DNA of 64,000 nucleotides from Candidatus Micrarchaeota archaeon (GCA_018819225.1 JAHJQN010000008.1:128001-192000), one strand, 5' to 3'; positions 1 through 10,228 are shown, counted from the first letter of the stretch. Numbers and translations: made by a program. The notes: generated from the letters alone by a model not told the origin.

Positions 1-928
1 AATCAAGCGCGTGCGAAAACAGGTGAAGAAACAAGGGGTAATCATGGCCATTTCAGGCGGGGTGGACTCCCTCGTGACCGCCGCCATCATGAAACAAGCG
101 GTTCCGAAACATCTCTACCTCATCCTCATTGATAACGGATTAATGCGGTCCGGAGAAGTCGAGCTGATCAAGGAATACTACCAAAACGCAGGATTTCCGC
201 ACTTCGAGGTCGTGGACGCAAGCCCGTTATTTTTGCGAGCCCTCCGGGACGTCACCGACCCGGAACAAAAACGGAGGAAGATCGGACACACGTTCATGCA
301 CGTCTTTGATACGAAAGCAAAGGAATTGAAGAAGTACAAACGAATCCGTTTTCTCGCGCAAGGCACCATCTACCCCGACCGCATTGCAGGCACGCACACG
401 CCGCTGGCAGCCATCAAACACAACCGCCACCACATCATCCGCTCCGAGAAAATGAAGCTTAAAATCATCGAGCCCCTAGCTGAATTCTATAAAGACGAGG
501 TCCGCGTGCTCGGAAGACAACTCAAGCTCCCGAAAGAAAAAATTGAGCGCCATCCGTTCCCAGGACCCGGACTCGCGATTCGCATCGTCGGAGAAGTAAC
601 GAAAGATCGCTTGGAAATGCTTCGAAGCGCAGACGACATCTTCGTCCACGAACTCAAAAAGGCTAAAAGATATCAAAAGATTTGGCAGGCGTTTGCCGTA
701 CTGATTCCCGTACGAACCGTTGGCGTGATGGACGACTACCGCACATTGGACTTCATCATTTCATTGCGAGCAGTAAACAGCAAGGACGGAATCACCGCGG
801 ACTGGGTGCGATTGCCGCCGGGTTTAATGGAAACGGTTTCGAACCGCATCATCAACGAAGTGAAGGGCGTGAACCGCGTGGTGTACGACGTGAGCCAGAA
901 GCCGCCGAGCACCATCGAATACGAGTGA
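1..928 (+). CDS. guaA: GMP synthase, ATP-pyrophosphatase and C-terminal domains (probably 5'-truncated by the window edge)
   Basis: PP-loop SGGVDS, DNGLMR, DPEQKR, LAQGTIYPD, HPFPGPGLAIR and C-terminal RVVYDVSQKPPSTIEYE. The frame is open upstream of the GTG at 11. Confidence 0.88.
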   Translation, partial: IKRVRKQVKKQGVIMAISGGVDSLVTAAIMKQAVPKHLYLILIDNGLMRSGEVELIKEYYQNAGFPHFEVVDASPLFLRALRDVTDPEQKRRKIGHTFMHVFDTKAKELKKYKRIRFLAQGTIYPDRIAGTHTPLAAIKHNRHHIIRSEKMKLKIIEPLAEFYKDEVRVLGRQLKLPKEKIERHPFPGPGLAIRIVGEVTKDRLEMLRSADDIFVHELKKAKRYQKIWQAFAVLIPVRTVGVMDDYRTLDFIISLRAVNSKDGITADWVRLPPGLMETVSNRIINEVKGVNRVVYDVSQKPPSTIEYE

Positions 929-976
929 ATTAGCCTTTTTTATACGGAATCCGGATGGCTTCAGAAACCTTCTTTT

Positions 977-3900
977 TCACATCCGAAAAATGGGTCCTTC
1001 GACAGGCCCTTGAGGCGGGTGTTTCCGGGAAGCAAAGTAAAGCGCACCGGCAACCAACAACAGTAAACCAATACTTGCAATAATCCAGTTCCACGAAGCC
1101 TTACCGGAACGCACCTTAAACAATAACTCGCGGGCGTTGTCCTTCGCGCGTTTCCACAAGCTCTGCGCTTCCTCATCTTGTCCCCGATTCTCCAACCGGA
1201 TGGCTTGATCCACCAGCGAGCGAATTTCTTGCGTGTCCTTCCCATTTTGCTCGAGTTCCTTTAGCGCGTCATTCAGCTCGGCGTCCTCCAACACGAGAAA
1301 CGGAGTCAATTGCTCGAAGGGGGTAGGCGTCACGTCATCCGGTCGAGTCCCTTGCTCCGTTGGAGTCGGTCCAAACGGATAATCATCGTCTCCGCCGGCC
1401 GGATAATTACTATAAGGCTTAGGACATAACCCGCAATCCGGTTTGCACGTTGAACAGGATTCGCTGTTCTGACAAATGCCGTCCCCGCAGTACGGTTCAG
1501 GCGTTATGGTAGGCGTCGGAGTCGGTTGCTCCGGCAACGCCGAAGAAACCATTGCAATATAAGAAGCATCGTCCGCATCGCGCGGGAAAGCACCCGCTTC
1601 ATTCACAATGGCCCACGCGGCTTCCAGCGGAGTCATCTCCGTAACAGGGGGAGCAGGAAGCGGATCGTTCGTCGTTCCTTCAATTGAACAACCTTTCGGA
1701 ATCACGTTTCCCTCCAGGTAAACCGGGCCCGGAGAATCGGTCAGAACGATGGCGTCGCACGCATCACTACCGGCATCCGCCAAGTAATAATTTTTAACTA
1801 GATTAGCGGTCGAACCCAAACGAATTCGCGTTCCGTAATTGTTCCAGGCGTATACCAAGTTGTTTACGATGTCGAGGTTGAACACGTTCGTGTGGGCCTG
1901 TGGATTGCGCTCGTGACCATCGAAATACAAATTGTGATGCAAGGAAATATCACCGGTTCCATCGTAAGCGATCAACTGGTTCTTGACCGTATCAGCCAGA
2001 ATGGACCATTGCACGGTAATGTCATGCGAACCCGAGATATCCAACGCCCCGTCCCCTCCCCGCCGGAACGAACAGTGATCGATAACGATATTGTACGCGC
2101 CCTGTTCAATGCGAAGATTGTCTCCTTGATTCTGATCCGGATTGTCGCGGAAACGCAAGTGCTGGAGAATGATATCATGAACGTCATCCGGATCACTGTC
2201 AATTTCCATCAACGGGCCTCCCGCAAATGAAGGGGAAGGAGCGATCGTAATTCCAGGAGAAGGAGCAGTGGAACCATCCACCGTAATGTGATGGCCCTTG
2301 AAAGAAAGCATGCTGTCAATCAGAATGGTTCCTCCAACGGAAAACGTGATCATGCGGTTCGACTGCGAAATCGCGTCACGAAGGGATCCGGTACCCGAAT
2401 TCGCTAATGATGTCACGACGTAAGGCGTTCCCCCCGAGCCGCCCGGAGTTTGCGAACCATATCCTTCAAACGGGCGGTCCTCACCGGGTTCCGGTGTCGG
2501 TTGAATGCATGCACCCACGCAACACACTCCGGAATTGCAGAATCCTTCGGGTTCAGGGGAACAATCTTCGAGCCCGCCGCAATCACTCAAACATTGACCT
2601 CCAAAGTCGAGCACGCAATCCAACTCGGAACCCTGACCTTCGCACTCCACGGCGCAACAGCGGTCCGAGTCCTCCGCAGGAAGCCACTGGTCCCCGGGAC
2701 ACGATTCATCCTCCGTGCAAATATGACCGCCTTGCTCGTCACACGTTGGAAACGGAGTCGGCGAAAGGCATTGCCCCGTTCCGTCATCACAGTTCAAACC
2801 TTGCGGGCAACCACATGCACCGCAGTCTTCAATGAGCGTACCGTCCTGACAGAACCACGGCCGATCCTGCGAGCATTCTCCGTAAGGCGTCCCATCATTG
2901 CAAGTAAGAGGGGGTTGTTCTCCGTCGAATTCAAAGGCACCAATATCAATGCGCCCCCCGGGATAATTGGATCCATACGCGGGATCGCCTCGATTGATGA
3001 GCGGCGAGCCTTCACGCAAATGCAAATCATCCAGGATGCGCATTCGATACGGCGGTTCGCAATTCGAAATAGCCGTTTCAAACCCCGCGCCGAACGTCAA
3101 CACGCAGGGGTAATCATCATTTTCGAGTTGACCGAGTTCCGTGTACGGAGTAACCAGCATCGGATCCCCGAAATTAAATAACGAATTCGGATCTTGAACC
3201 GGTTGGGGTACATCATTCTGCACTTGCCAAGAGGATAGCGAGTACGGTGCGTCCGTATTCTGTTCAATCCAGTCCTCGATGCCGGGCCACCAGCCATCCA
3301 CCCCGTACCAATCCCAAAAATTTCCATCCGGCTGGGTGGGGCTATCCTTATTCCATGAAGAACATGCGTTGAAATCGGAATCGAACACGTTTTGATACTC
3401 GGGGCCAACTAAGAAGCACGTTCCCCATTGATCCGTCCGCGAGAAAAGGAAATTGTTCCGGAATTTGATATCGGTCGCTCCCTGATACCACGGAATCGAG
3501 GGACAATAGGTCTGCGCGTGCGGGCGAATTCCCATAAAGTGATTATTTTCAATAACGCCTGAGACCTCATCGTAATCGCATTCCACATTGATGAACGGAG
3601 CCTGTTGGCCCACCGGATACCAGACGTTTCGCGTATACCGGAAGTTGTATGGACATAATTGACCTAAGTGCTCTTGTCCCCAAAAGATCTGGCTGTCCTC
3701 AACCACGCAATCCCGTTCTTTGCTTGAGTGGCTCAACACATTTCGTCCACCATAAAACAGGCTATTTGTAACGAAAATTCGATCCGATAACTGGATATTC
3801 AAAATACTTGAACGGGTCTCCAAATCATCGTTTCCCAACAAGCGGCGGGCATCGAAGTTGATACTCCATCCCTCGACGTGGTCGACGAAAGCGTCATCGC

Positions 3901-4492
3901 TGTCGTAAAGCCAAAGCGACCGACCGCCCCCTCGGTGAACGCCGTCCCGAGAAGAGGGGTCCACGAAAATCAAGGAGTCCTTAATGGAGAAACCCGTGTT
4001 CTCCTTCGAAACAATACCGCCCTTGTTCCGAACATAAAAACCTTCCAAATACCAGTAATCAAAACCGTCATGAATGTAAATAATACCGTTTTCAATGAAC
4101 GCTTGATTCGCGTCATCCTGAGCCGAAGGCGCATTCCCTTTTCCGATGATTTGAGAAGCCGTGGAAAGCGCGATCAACCGAATCGGATTTGCTTGGGTTC
4201 CCGCATTCGAGGGTCGAATAATCGCGGGATACGGCGGATCATCGTACGGCCAGATGTTCGTTTCTGTAAATGGGCCTTCATCAATATTATAGGTACCCGG
4301 ATGCACGTACGCGGTATCCCCCGCCTGCATCAACTCAACCGCTACATTCAGATGACACCAAGGCGTTCCCTGGGAACCGGGACCATTATTGTTACAAGCA
4401 GGATTCTGGATATCAACGAAATAGGTAGATGCAGAAACGAGAGAAATGAAGCTAGCAAAAACAAGGACGGTAAAGAAGTGCGGGAACCGCAT
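977..4492 (-). CDS. Membrane-anchored surface protein: right-handed beta-helix, Cys-rich modules, PL1 pectate-lyase-like domain, C-terminal TM
   Basis: Signal peptide, then TYFVD..GPGS..PW..AGDTAYVHPGTY beta-helix entry motif and DLHLREGSPLINRG..IDIGAFEF end motif. FEGYG..GG.GG..YVVTSL..G.GSLRDA, IVIDHCSF..DG.LD and ERNP are PL1 motifs. TM helix plus basic tail at the C-terminus. Confidence 0.8.
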   Translation of the reverse strand: MRFPHFFTVLVFASFISLVSASTYFVDIQNPACNNNGPGSQGTPWCHLNVAVELMQAGDTAYVHPGTYNIDEGPFTETNIWPYDDPPYPAIIRPSNAGTQANPIRLIALSTASQIIGKGNAPSAQDDANQAFIENGIIYIHDGFDYWYLEGFYVRNKGGIVSKENTGFSIKDSLIFVDPSSRDGVHRGGGRSLWLYDSDDAFVDHVEGWSINFDARRLLGNDDLETRSSILNIQLSDRIFVTNSLFYGGRNVLSHSSKERDCVVEDSQIFWGQEHLGQLCPYNFRYTRNVWYPVGQQAPFINVECDYDEVSGVIENNHFMGIRPHAQTYCPSIPWYQGATDIKFRNNFLFSRTDQWGTCFLVGPEYQNVFDSDFNACSSWNKDSPTQPDGNFWDWYGVDGWWPGIEDWIEQNTDAPYSLSSWQVQNDVPQPVQDPNSLFNFGDPMLVTPYTELGQLENDDYPCVLTFGAGFETAISNCEPPYRMRILDDLHLREGSPLINRGDPAYGSNYPGGRIDIGAFEFDGEQPPLTCNDGTPYGECSQDRPWFCQDGTLIEDCGACGCPQGLNCDDGTGQCLSPTPFPTCDEQGGHICTEDESCPGDQWLPAEDSDRCCAVECEGQGSELDCVLDFGGQCLSDCGGLEDCSPEPEGFCNSGVCCVGACIQPTPEPGEDRPFEGYGSQTPGGSGGTPYVVTSLANSGTGSLRDAISQSNRMITFSVGGTILIDSMLSFKGHHITVDGSTAPSPGITIAPSPSFAGGPLMEIDSDPDDVHDIILQHLRFRDNPDQNQGDNLRIEQGAYNIVIDHCSFRRGGDGALDISGSHDITVQWSILADTVKNQLIAYDGTGDISLHHNLYFDGHERNPQAHTNVFNLDIVNNLVYAWNNYGTRIRLGSTANLVKNYYLADAGSDACDAIVLTDSPGPVYLEGNVIPKGCSIEGTTNDPLPAPPVTEMTPLEAAWAIVNEAGAFPRDADDASYIAMVSSALPEQPTPTPTITPEPYCGDGICQNSESCSTCKPDCGLCPKPYSNYPAGGDDDYPFGPTPTEQGTRPDDVTPTPFEQLTPFLVLEDAELNDALKELEQNGKDTQEIRSLVDQAIRLENRGQDEEAQSLWKRAKDNARELLFKVRSGKASWNWIIASIGLLLLVAGALYFASRKHPPQGPVEGPIFRM

Positions 4493-4561
4493 GAAATAAT
4501 GAATAAACGCGAGGTGATTAAAAAGTTATGCTATCCAGGAAAAGAGGAACGAGAAACAGGA

Positions 4562-6589
4562 TTACGAGCGAACGGATCGCTTCAGCACCTTTTTTCGCTT
4601 ATCGAAAAAGAACCAAGCCGTAGCAACAGCCACCGCGCCCGCAATGAACACCCACGTCATGAAATTGAATTCCGCCTTCGCTTTTTCTTGATTATACACC
4701 CCCCGCACTTGTTCAGCCACCAAGTATCCGGCTGCACCTTCTCTGATTGCTTTGGATTTCAGCACGGGCGCCATTAATGGGCTACCACCTGGGCGAGGAG
4801 TAGGCAAACAGCTTCCCATGCAGCAGACACCTGTTTCACAAAAACCTTCCACGTCTTCCCAACACGTTCGGTAGTAATCGCAGTTGTCGAGGCAACGGCC
4901 GCCCAAATCGAGTATGCAGTCCAATTGCGCACCGCCACCCTCACACTCGACCGCACAGCAGAATTCGGAATCGCTGGCCTCAATCCATTGGTCTTCCGGG
5001 CATTCTTCGTCCTCCTCGCAAATGTCCCCTCCTTGATCTGCGCACGTGAGTAATCCGTCCGAGAATTCAAACGCACCGATGTCAATGCGCCCGCCTGGGA
5101 AATCCGATCCATACGCGGGATCGCCGGCATCCCGCAACGGGGAATCGGACTGGAGACGCAAGTCATCGAGCACGCGCATCCGAAACGGGGGCTCGCAATT
5201 CGATTTCGCGTTCTCGTATCCGGCACCGAACGTTAGATAGCATGAGTAGTCGTCATTTTCCAATTGCCCTAGTTCTTCGTACGGAGTTATCAACTTGGGA
5301 TCGAATAGAAACATTGAGTTTGGATCCTGAAGCGGTTGCGGAACGTCTTCCTGCACTTGCCACTCCGCTAATGAATACGGTGCATTCGTGTTTTCTTCAA
5401 TCCAGTCCTCGATACCCGGCCACCAGCTGTCCGTTCCCCACCAGTTCCAAAAATTCCCCCCATATTGCGTCATATCGTTTTCGTCCCAGCTTGAGCAACC
5501 ATTGTAATCACTATTGAACACCATTTCGTATTCCGGACCCGAAACCATGCATGCTCCGCCATCATCCGTTACTCGAAAAATGAAGTTGTTGCGGTAGACA
5601 ATGTCTGTGGCGCCTTGGTACCACGGCGTATCAGGACAATAGGTCTGAGCCCACATGTGGATTCCGATGTTGTGATTGTTTTCGAACACACCGGATACAT
5701 TGTCCTGCTCGCATTCCACGTTGATGTACGGAGCCTGTTGACCCGTTGGGTACCACACGTTCCGGGAGTATCGAAAGTTGTAGGGGCACAACATACCGAT
5801 ATGTTCCTGTCCCCACATGAACGTGCTATCTTCGATGACGCAGTTCTCCTCGTTTTTCTGGTGATCGATTACGTTCCGGCCGCCGTATAGAATGCTGTTG
5901 GTAAGCTTCAATTCGTTGGACTGTAGAGACGTGAGCGTACTCGAACGCGTCTCGAGTTCCTCGTTTCCCAAAAGACGGTGGGCATCGAAGTTGATACTCC
6001 AAACCTCGACGTGGTCGATCCATGCGTTATGCGACCGGTATAAGCGAAGGCCCCGCCCCCCGCCCTTATGCACGCCATCATTTGTAGATGGATCCACGAA
6101 AATAAGGGAGTCCTTCAACTCAAAAAAATCCGCGTAGTTCGTGCGAATGCCGCCGCGGTTTTTCACGTAGAAACCCTGCAGCGTCCAGTAATCGTTTTCA
6201 ACGAAGACAATTCCGCCCTCGATGAACACCTGGTTCTCATCATCCTGGGCTTCCGGGGAATTGCCCAATCCGATGATGTCCGCAGCGGTCGAAAGCCCAA
6301 TGAGCTGGATCCGCTCGTTCTCCGTTCCGTCATTCACCGATGTGATATCCCCTTCCTCGTCCGCATACGGACCCGAGGCAATATCGTATGTTCCGGGTAG
6401 AACGTATGCGGTATCCCCGGCTTGCATGGAATGCACCGCTTCGTTAATCGTACACCAGGGTAGCACTTCGGAACCCGGTCCGTTATCATCACAAGAAAGA
6501 TCTTGAATGTTTACGTAAAACATCGCACCGGAAACCGTAGAAAATAAAAGATAGAGAACCAACGCCGATAAACTGATAGGAAAACGCAT
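4562..6589 (-). CDS. Membrane-anchored beta-helix (pectin-lyase fold) surface protein with Cys-rich modules, paralog 2
   Basis: Clearly homologous to the N-half of 977..4492 (shared PWYQGATDI, WWPGIEDWIE, GRIDIGAFEF). Signal peptide and C-terminal TM plus KRKK. Confidence 0.8.
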   Translation of the reverse strand: MRFPISLSALVLYLLFSTVSGAMFYVNIQDLSCDDNGPGSEVLPWCTINEAVHSMQAGDTAYVLPGTYDIASGPYADEEGDITSVNDGTENERIQLIGLSTAADIIGLGNSPEAQDDENQVFIEGGIVFVENDYWTLQGFYVKNRGGIRTNYADFFELKDSLIFVDPSTNDGVHKGGGRGLRLYRSHNAWIDHVEVWSINFDAHRLLGNEELETRSSTLTSLQSNELKLTNSILYGGRNVIDHQKNEENCVIEDSTFMWGQEHIGMLCPYNFRYSRNVWYPTGQQAPYINVECEQDNVSGVFENNHNIGIHMWAQTYCPDTPWYQGATDIVYRNNFIFRVTDDGGACMVSGPEYEMVFNSDYNGCSSWDENDMTQYGGNFWNWWGTDSWWPGIEDWIEENTNAPYSLAEWQVQEDVPQPLQDPNSMFLFDPKLITPYEELGQLENDDYSCYLTFGAGYENAKSNCEPPFRMRVLDDLRLQSDSPLRDAGDPAYGSDFPGGRIDIGAFEFSDGLLTCADQGGDICEEDEECPEDQWIEASDSEFCCAVECEGGGAQLDCILDLGGRCLDNCDYYRTCWEDVEGFCETGVCCMGSCLPTPRPGGSPLMAPVLKSKAIREGAAGYLVAEQVRGVYNQEKAKAEFNFMTWVFIAGAVAVATAWFFFDKRKKVLKRSVRS

Positions 6590-6642
6590 AACTGGATACT
6601 ATGCAGAAAGGGTAAATAAACGTTTAGGTCCACAGAAAAAAA

Positions 6643-8640
6643 TTAATAAAACGAGCGACGAATTCGTTTTCTCTTTTCGAAGAAAAACCAAACCGAAGCC
6701 ACGGCAAGCGCCCCCGCAATCAACACCCACGTCAAGAAATTAAATTCCGCTTTCACCCGAGCACGATCCCGATGAACCTGTTCCGCCAACACATACCCCA
6801 AACTCCCATGTCGATCCGCTTCCGATTTTAACAACGGCGCTAATAACGGGCTTCCTCCAGGAGGACGCGGCGTCGGATTGCAGCTCCCAATGCAACAGAC
6901 CCCCGATTCACAGAAACCATCCGGCTCATCCCAACAAACGCGGTACTGACCGCAATCCGCAAGGCATTGACCCCCCAGATCGGTGCAGGGAATATCCGCT
7001 CCCCCACCCTCTTCAAACTCAAACGGGCCAATATCTATCTGCTCGCCCGGAAAATCGGTTCCAAAATCCGGATCCCCGCGATCGATTAACAAGGAATCGG
7101 GATGCAACGTGAGGTCCGCAAAATGGCTCATCCGAAACGGGTATTCACAATTCGAGTAAACAACGTCATACGCCCCGTTCGTTCCATAGTCGTCATCGAT
7201 CCACCCGCAGTGCGACTCAAAATTGGTCAAGGCCGTATAGATAGGCGGAAAATCGTTATCATCAGAACCCAAATTCCGGTATAAATCATCGGGAGCCGTC
7301 ATAAAGTTCGGATCCGCATACAAGGAATGAGGATCCTGCAGCAGCTGCGGATAATCGGACTGCGTTTGCCATGCGGCTAAGGAATAGAAAATATTGGGTC
7401 CGGGATCCGGATACACTTTCACCCTCCAGAAATAGGTGTCGCTTTCGACCTGCGGATACCCAAATACGGCGTTATAGTCCGAATTTACGGTTTCCATGAC
7501 GATTTTTCCAATTTCGTACCCCGTCGTAGAAGCTTTTCCTGAAATCCGGAGATTGTTACGGAGGAAAATAGTTTCAGCAGCTTCGTTGCAATCCGGTAAA
7601 ACATCCACACCTAACAGGTCGATCATTAAATTGTTATAGATATAGATGTCCCTGGCAACGTCCCGCGGACTTCCATCCACACAGTCCGGAACAACGTAGG
7701 TTGCTTGTTGGCGCATAGGACCAATGACATTGCGATTAATCGTGATGCCCTGAGCATTCGCCAGCGCACCAATATGTTCTTGACCAAAGAAATAGTAATT
7801 TTTTTCAATCAAGCCATCATGACCCGATGAAACCATGCGCACGTTCCTTCCCCCATAGAAAAAGCTATTTTTTATCTCGAAATCATGCGAATTACCACTC
7901 AGATAGAGGACCGCATTCGATAACGTGTCATGGAGATCGCAGTTTCCCCAACCCGGATAATCCGAATTGCTTATTCGGTTTCCAATCATATTGCGATCAA
8001 ACATCATTGTCCAAAACTCGACGTGATCTACGATAAAATTCGAGCTGCTTTGAAACATGGATTCGGAAACCGTATCGCCTCCCGTATTGCAATCTCCGTT
8101 GTGGTCGAAGCCCATTGTTTTTCGGGGCGAAACGTAGGAAAGAACGTGACGGAGTTCGACGCCCTCCGTGTCTATAAACTGTAAAGCAATTTTGCTGAAC
8201 CAAAATCCTTCCAAATGCCAATAATTTGCGCCATCGAATGTAATGTGTTTACTTTCTCCGTCGATACGTCCTCCCAACAATGGATCTTCAGGAGTAATCA
8301 CGAATACTTGGTAATCCCGGTAGCTATCAAAATCCCCATTCCCTTTTCCAATAATATCTTGGGCGTTTGAACGAGCGATCATTCGAATGGATTCCGAGCT
8401 GGTTCCCGATTGCGTCACCACCAAGTCCGTATCAAGACGATAGATACCGGGTTCAACGAAAACCGTATCGCCCGCCTGCGCGCGAGCAAACCCTTCTTGA
8501 ATAAGACACCAGGGAATCGTAGGACTTCCTGGCCCCCCATCAACACAATTCGGATTCTTAATATCAATGTAATATTGAGCGCCCGACACCCATGGAAAAA
8601 CCGATGAAAAAAGGATCGCAATCATTAGAAGAGATCGCAT
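6643..8640 (-). CDS. Membrane-anchored beta-helix surface protein with Cys-rich module, paralog 3
   Basis: Same architecture (QYYID..GPGS..PWC..AGDTVFV.PG.Y, GQEHIG, IDIGPFEF) but more divergent. C-terminal TM plus KRKR. Confidence 0.78.
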   Translation of the reverse strand: MRSLLMIAILFSSVFPWVSGAQYYIDIKNPNCVDGGPGSPTIPWCLIQEGFARAQAGDTVFVEPGIYRLDTDLVVTQSGTSSESIRMIARSNAQDIIGKGNGDFDSYRDYQVFVITPEDPLLGGRIDGESKHITFDGANYWHLEGFWFSKIALQFIDTEGVELRHVLSYVSPRKTMGFDHNGDCNTGGDTVSESMFQSSSNFIVDHVEFWTMMFDRNMIGNRISNSDYPGWGNCDLHDTLSNAVLYLSGNSHDFEIKNSFFYGGRNVRMVSSGHDGLIEKNYYFFGQEHIGALANAQGITINRNVIGPMRQQATYVVPDCVDGSPRDVARDIYIYNNLMIDLLGVDVLPDCNEAAETIFLRNNLRISGKASTTGYEIGKIVMETVNSDYNAVFGYPQVESDTYFWRVKVYPDPGPNIFYSLAAWQTQSDYPQLLQDPHSLYADPNFMTAPDDLYRNLGSDDNDFPPIYTALTNFESHCGWIDDDYGTNGAYDVVYSNCEYPFRMSHFADLTLHPDSLLIDRGDPDFGTDFPGEQIDIGPFEFEEGGGADIPCTDLGGQCLADCGQYRVCWDEPDGFCESGVCCIGSCNPTPRPPGGSPLLAPLLKSEADRHGSLGYVLAEQVHRDRARVKAEFNFLTWVLIAGALAVASVWFFFEKRKRIRRSFY

Positions 8641-8647
8641 TTTTCAA

Positions 8648-9124
8648 TCACTCGTTTACTTTCACATCAATGATGTCCGCAAGCGTCAAATCCGCCTTGC
8701 TCCGTTTGCGGGGTTTGAGCGTTGCGGATTGCTCCTCGGACTCATCCGATTTTGCTTTACGCGACACGTCTTCGATCAATTGAATTTGTAAAGCCTTCTC
8801 GAGTTTTTGCGCCAGTTTCACGTCCGGACGCATCCACTCGTGCTCCAAACGCTCCAACTCGTTTTCGCGGATAAACAGCTCGCGAGCCAGTTGCTGCCGC
8901 GTCTGACCGCGTTTATCTCGCGCGGCCTGAATTTTTTTCCCGTATCCATCCACCACATTCAACTCGCGCGCCGGGCGTTCCGGGCGATGCCGAGAAGTGA
9001 CCACGGGCTTCCGCTCGCGTTCAATAGGCTTCCCGTAATGCAGGCACCGCGGACAAAGAAATACGCGGGCGCCCTCCACCAAGGCTTCCCGTGACGCATC
9101 CGAACCGCAAACGTGGCACTCCAT
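8648..9124 (-). CDS. mbf1: Archaeal multiprotein bridging factor aMBF1 (Zn ribbon + HTH)
   Basis: CxxC..CxxC N-terminus, YGKKIQAAR HTH, KLEKAL.I.L and C-terminal LTLADI. Start taken at MECHVCG. Confidence 0.9.
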   Translation of the reverse strand: MECHVCGSDASREALVEGARVFLCPRCLHYGKPIERERKPVVTSRHRPERPARELNVVDGYGKKIQAARDKRGQTRQQLARELFIRENELERLEHEWMRPDVKLAQKLEKALQIQLIEDVSRKAKSDESEEQSATLKPRKRSKADLTLADIIDVKVNE

Positions 9125-9211
9125 CCGACATCCCCCCATGCCTCCAGTAGAAAACGTTTAAAGAATGCATTGCGCCCAAACTATTTAAATGGGATTCCAC
9201 GGGCGTAGATC

Positions 9212-10228
9212 ATGGGCGTACACATCGCAGACATACTGATAAAACACGAGCTCACTTTATCGGAAATTCAGGGAAAAGTAGCCGTCGACGCGTACAATAC
9301 GCTGTATCAATTTCTAAGCATTATCCGGCAAAAGGATGGCACGCCCCTCATGGACTCTCACGGACGCGTCACCTCCCACCTCTCCGGGCTATTTTATCGC
9401 ACGTGCAACCTGTTAGAAAAAGGCATTCGGCCCGTATTCGTATTCGATGGAAAGCCCTCCGACCTCAAGCGACACACCCTCGAATCCCGTGAAGAACGCA
9501 AGCAAACCGCGGAAAAAAAATTCGAGGAGGCGAAAAAAGCAGGACGAGAAGACGAGATGCGGTTGTACGCCCAACAAACCGTTCGCCTGCGAAAACACAT
9601 GGTCGAAGAAAGCAAACAATTATGCCGGTTAATGGGCATCCCCGTCGTTCAAGCGAAAAGCGAAGGCGAAGCTCAATGCGCGATCATGTGCCGAGAAGGC
9701 CTCGTGGACGCCACGGCATCCCAAGACTACGATTCGCTGCTGTTCGGATCCCCCGTCCTAATCAAAAACATCACTATCGCTGGAAGGCGAAAGCTTCCTC
9801 GAAGAAATAGGTATACCGAAATCGTGCCCGAACGCTTGGATCTCCAAGAAAACTTGAACGCGCTCGGAATTACGTACGAGAAATTGGTGTGGTTGGGCCT
9901 ATTGGCCGGAACGGATTTTGACCAGGGGATTAAAGGAATTGGAGCTAAAAAAGCGTTGAAGCTCGTCCGCGAACACGATTCGATGGACGCGATTCTCAAC
10001 AAACTAGGTGTGGAAATGGATTGGATGCCCGTTGAAGCGCTATTCAGAAATCCGCCCGCCACCCCCGTAACCAAAGACGAACTCAAACTGCTCGAACCCC
10101 ATCGAGAGAATATCATTTCCTTTATGATGGAACGCGATTTCTCGAAAGAACGCGTGCAATCCGCTCTCGCCAGGGCATTCAAAGAACCCACGGACACCAC
10201 GCAAAACAAGTTGTCGAAATGGCTCTAG
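9212..10228 (+). CDS. fen: Flap endonuclease 1
   Basis: MGV..., VDAYNTLYQFLSIIRQ.DG.PL, SEGEAQ, SQDYDSLLFG, GTDF, GIGAK and C-terminal PIP box QNKLSKW. Confidence 0.97.
   Translation: MGVHIADILIKHELTLSEIQGKVAVDAYNTLYQFLSIIRQKDGTPLMDSHGRVTSHLSGLFYRTCNLLEKGIRPVFVFDGKPSDLKRHTLESREERKQTAEKKFEEAKKAGREDEMRLYAQQTVRLRKHMVEESKQLCRLMGIPVVQAKSEGEAQCAIMCREGLVDATASQDYDSLLFGSPVLIKNITIAGRRKLPRRNRYTEIVPERLDLQENLNALGITYEKLVWLGLLAGTDFDQGIKGIGAKKALKLVREHDSMDAILNKLGVEMDWMPVEALFRNPPATPVTKDELKLLEPHRENIISFMMERDFSKERVQSALARAFKEPTDTTQNKLSKWL

Noticed and set aside
2407-4777. Long + strand ORFs (2450..3181, 3878..4777 and similar, also 56392..57126)
   Set aside because: They are antisense shadows of well-supported genes and have no recognisable motifs.
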